From positions 91,294,457 through 91,332,653 of the forward strand of contig NC_057719.1 in assembly GCF_004010195.1 (NCBI RefSeq): a DNA stretch of 38,197 nt, written 5' to 3'. The notes below the pieces were generated by a model, which was not told the DNA's origin, searched no databases, and saw only the letters and a program-made list of their open reading frames with translations. The translations under genes and the position numbers were made by a program. Positions 36,200-38,197 of this stretch are shown in pieces (the stretch's first letter is position 1; each line of letters opens with the position of its first letter). Source of the stretch: Chiloscyllium plagiosum (Eukaryota).

Positions 36200-36555
36200 G
36201 TACAAAGAATGAGCAGTTTTGCTCACTACCTTCTAGGAAGGACATGATTGCACTGCAGAAGGTGCAAAGACGACTCACCAGAATATTGTATGGGGTGCAA
36301 CATTTCAGCTATGAAGAGAGGCTTGACACGTTTGTTTTCTTTGGAGCAGAGAAGGGTAGGGTGAGGGGACATAGAGATGCATAAGATTATGCGGGGCAAG
36401 CACAGGGTGAATAGAAAGCAGCTCCACAGTTCCTCTTAGCTGAATGGTTAATAACAAGGGGACATAATTTTAAAGTGAAAGGCAAGAGATTTACAGGTCA
36501 TTGGAGGAAACACATTTTCACCGAGAGGGTGGTGGGGATCTGGATTGCAGTGCCG
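36200..36555 (+). mobile_element. CR1 3' fragment
   Basis: agctatgaagagaggcttg...RKHIFTERVVGIW. Confidence 0.75.
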
Positions 36556-36569
36556 GACGTGGGGGAGCG

Positions 36570-37224
36570 CAGCGAGGGCACACACACACACGCACGCACA
36601 CGCACACACCCCTACAGGCCCATACACTCTGGCAGCCCCTTTCATACAAAAGCTCTTACTCATATGCTCACACATACACAGCCCCCACACACAAATCTTC
36701 TCACAGACCCTCAACCATGCACACACACTCAGGTTTGTTGGATGAATTTGTGCTTGTAGAATTACATTTTACTTTGTTCAAAAACTGTTTTAATCCATAC
36801 AAGATTCTTTAAATCCCTTTTTTAGAAATAGAATCAGTCTGAACATTGAGTAACATACAGACAGACTTTAACCTCACACCTTCAATGCATTATCTGAGCT
36901 GACATGGCACCTATTGTTAAAGTTCACTTGAAAATGTAACTTTCAAAAAAGTTCTGGGATTTACATAAGAAAGAACTGAAACCAACATGGTCATTCTAAA
37001 AGAGACTTAAATAATTCAGGTCTTTTTCAATATATAATTTCAGTTGCATTACACTAAACTTCACTATAGATTCTGGGTCTTATGATCTTATACTCCACAA
37101 CTACCTGATGAAGTAGCAGTGCTCAGAAAGCTAGTGCTTCCAAATAAATCTGTTGAACTATAACCTCGTGTTGTGATTTTTAAACTTTGTACACCCTAGT
37201 CCAACAGCAGCACCTCCAAATCAC
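36570..37224 (+). mobile_element. PLE 3' UTR plus family B terminal repeat, with a (CA)-rich stretch
   Basis: Ends TAC-CTGATGA-A-GTAGC(AGT)GCTCA-GAAA-GCTAGTG (37102-37136) followed by the family B terminus and tail. The 5' boundary is uncertain. Confidence 0.65.
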
Positions 37225-37729
37225 ATAGGATTCTGTGACCTTTCAATTTACTACAGTGTATTCTCTGTTCATAATATGGAATGCTGATTCACCACATTGA
37301 TGGCAGTACTTTAAAGGTTTAAATTTTGAGCACAGGGCAAATAAACATGGCTGGTCATCCAGAGTTCATCAGTGAAGAGTGATTGGATTAAGGCATTTAA
37401 AGCAACTTAAGGTGATATATTGGGCGAATTGAGAAACTATTTCCTCTCATGAAGAAATACAAATCAAGGCACAATCTTAAAATTAGAGGCTAGTTAGGAA
37501 CAAAATCAGCATCTGAGGGATTAATAGCTATTCACCTGTCTTTGTAGTCTGGTCAGCATATTCATTTCAGAGTCACTGACTCTGGCTTGAGTCCAGATAT
37601 CTTCATCACATCTTAGTCTGCCATCACCTTTAGCCTTTATAAATCCTTCCCTCTTTAATTAAGGTGATGTCACAATGGGCACCTTAAAGAATGATGCAAA
37701 ATCTTGGCATAATGCTATGCGTTGTATTA

Positions 37730-38197
37730 TGGGCTGAAGTCAGAAATAGGAAAGGTGCAGTCACCTTGTTGGGTGTTTACTATAGGCCCCCCAATAGCAG
37801 CAGAGATGTGGAGAAACAGATTGGGAAACAGATTTTGGAAAGGTGCAGAAGCCACAGGGTAGTAGTCATGGGCGATTTCAACTTCCCAAATATTGATTGG
37901 AAGCTCTTTAGATCAAGTAGATTGGATGGGGCGGTGTTTGTGCAGTGTGTCCAGGAGGCTTTTCCAACACAGTATGTAGATTGTCCGACCAGAGGGGAGG
38001 CCATTTTGGATTTGGTACTCGGTAATGAACCGGGACAAGTGATGAGCTTGTTAGTGGGTGAACATTTTGGTGATGGTGACCACAATTCTGTAACTTTCAC
38101 CTTGGTTATGGAGAGAGACAGGTGCGTGCAACAGGGTAGGTTTTACAATTGGGAGAAGGGTAAATACGATGCTGCAAGACAAGATCTGAGGAGCATA
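37730..38197 (+). mobile_element. CR1 ORF2 APE-type endonuclease region, open to the window end
   Basis: 156 stop-free codons: LLGVYYRPPN...VVMGDFNFPNIDW...PTRGEAILDLVL...GDGDHNSV. Confidence 0.93.

Noticed and set aside
36448..36812. His/Thr-rich and Cys/Val-rich ORFs
   Set aside because: Translations of a (CA)-rich microsatellite region.

Overview
Eukaryotic genomic DNA, most likely from an elasmobranch (shark), inferred from HE1/V-SINEs, HER1-type CR1 LINEs and a Deu-domain SINE. The only well-supported host coding sequence is a 148-bp internal exon of a tau-tubulin kinase (TTBK1/TTBK2) on the minus strand (906-1053). I did not find the preceding coding exon, so the rest appears to be intron. 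It is filled with nested retroelements: many CR1 fragments, Rex1/Babar, L2, a decayed Gypsy element, a probable solo LTR, tRNA-SINEs and a decayed Penelope-like element (PLE). The most notable signal is a set of short PLE terminal-repeat insertions from two families, possibly three. Many are head-to-head palindromes with 11-15 bp target-site duplications (TSDs) and a one-sided 31-37 nt tail. They carry minimal type I hammerhead ribozyme motifs with an extra A in the core and a palindromic (dimer-type) stem III. One family's terminus is joined directly to an RT/GIY-YIG PLE body in this window. Other observations are a perfect 57-bp inverted templated copy at a LINE junction, a promoter-like module ahead of a decayed hammerhead, and a candidate cryptic TTBK exon. 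Nearly all ORFs in the ORF track are repeat-derived or spurious. Boundaries of old repeats are approximate, since they were read by eye with no alignment run.
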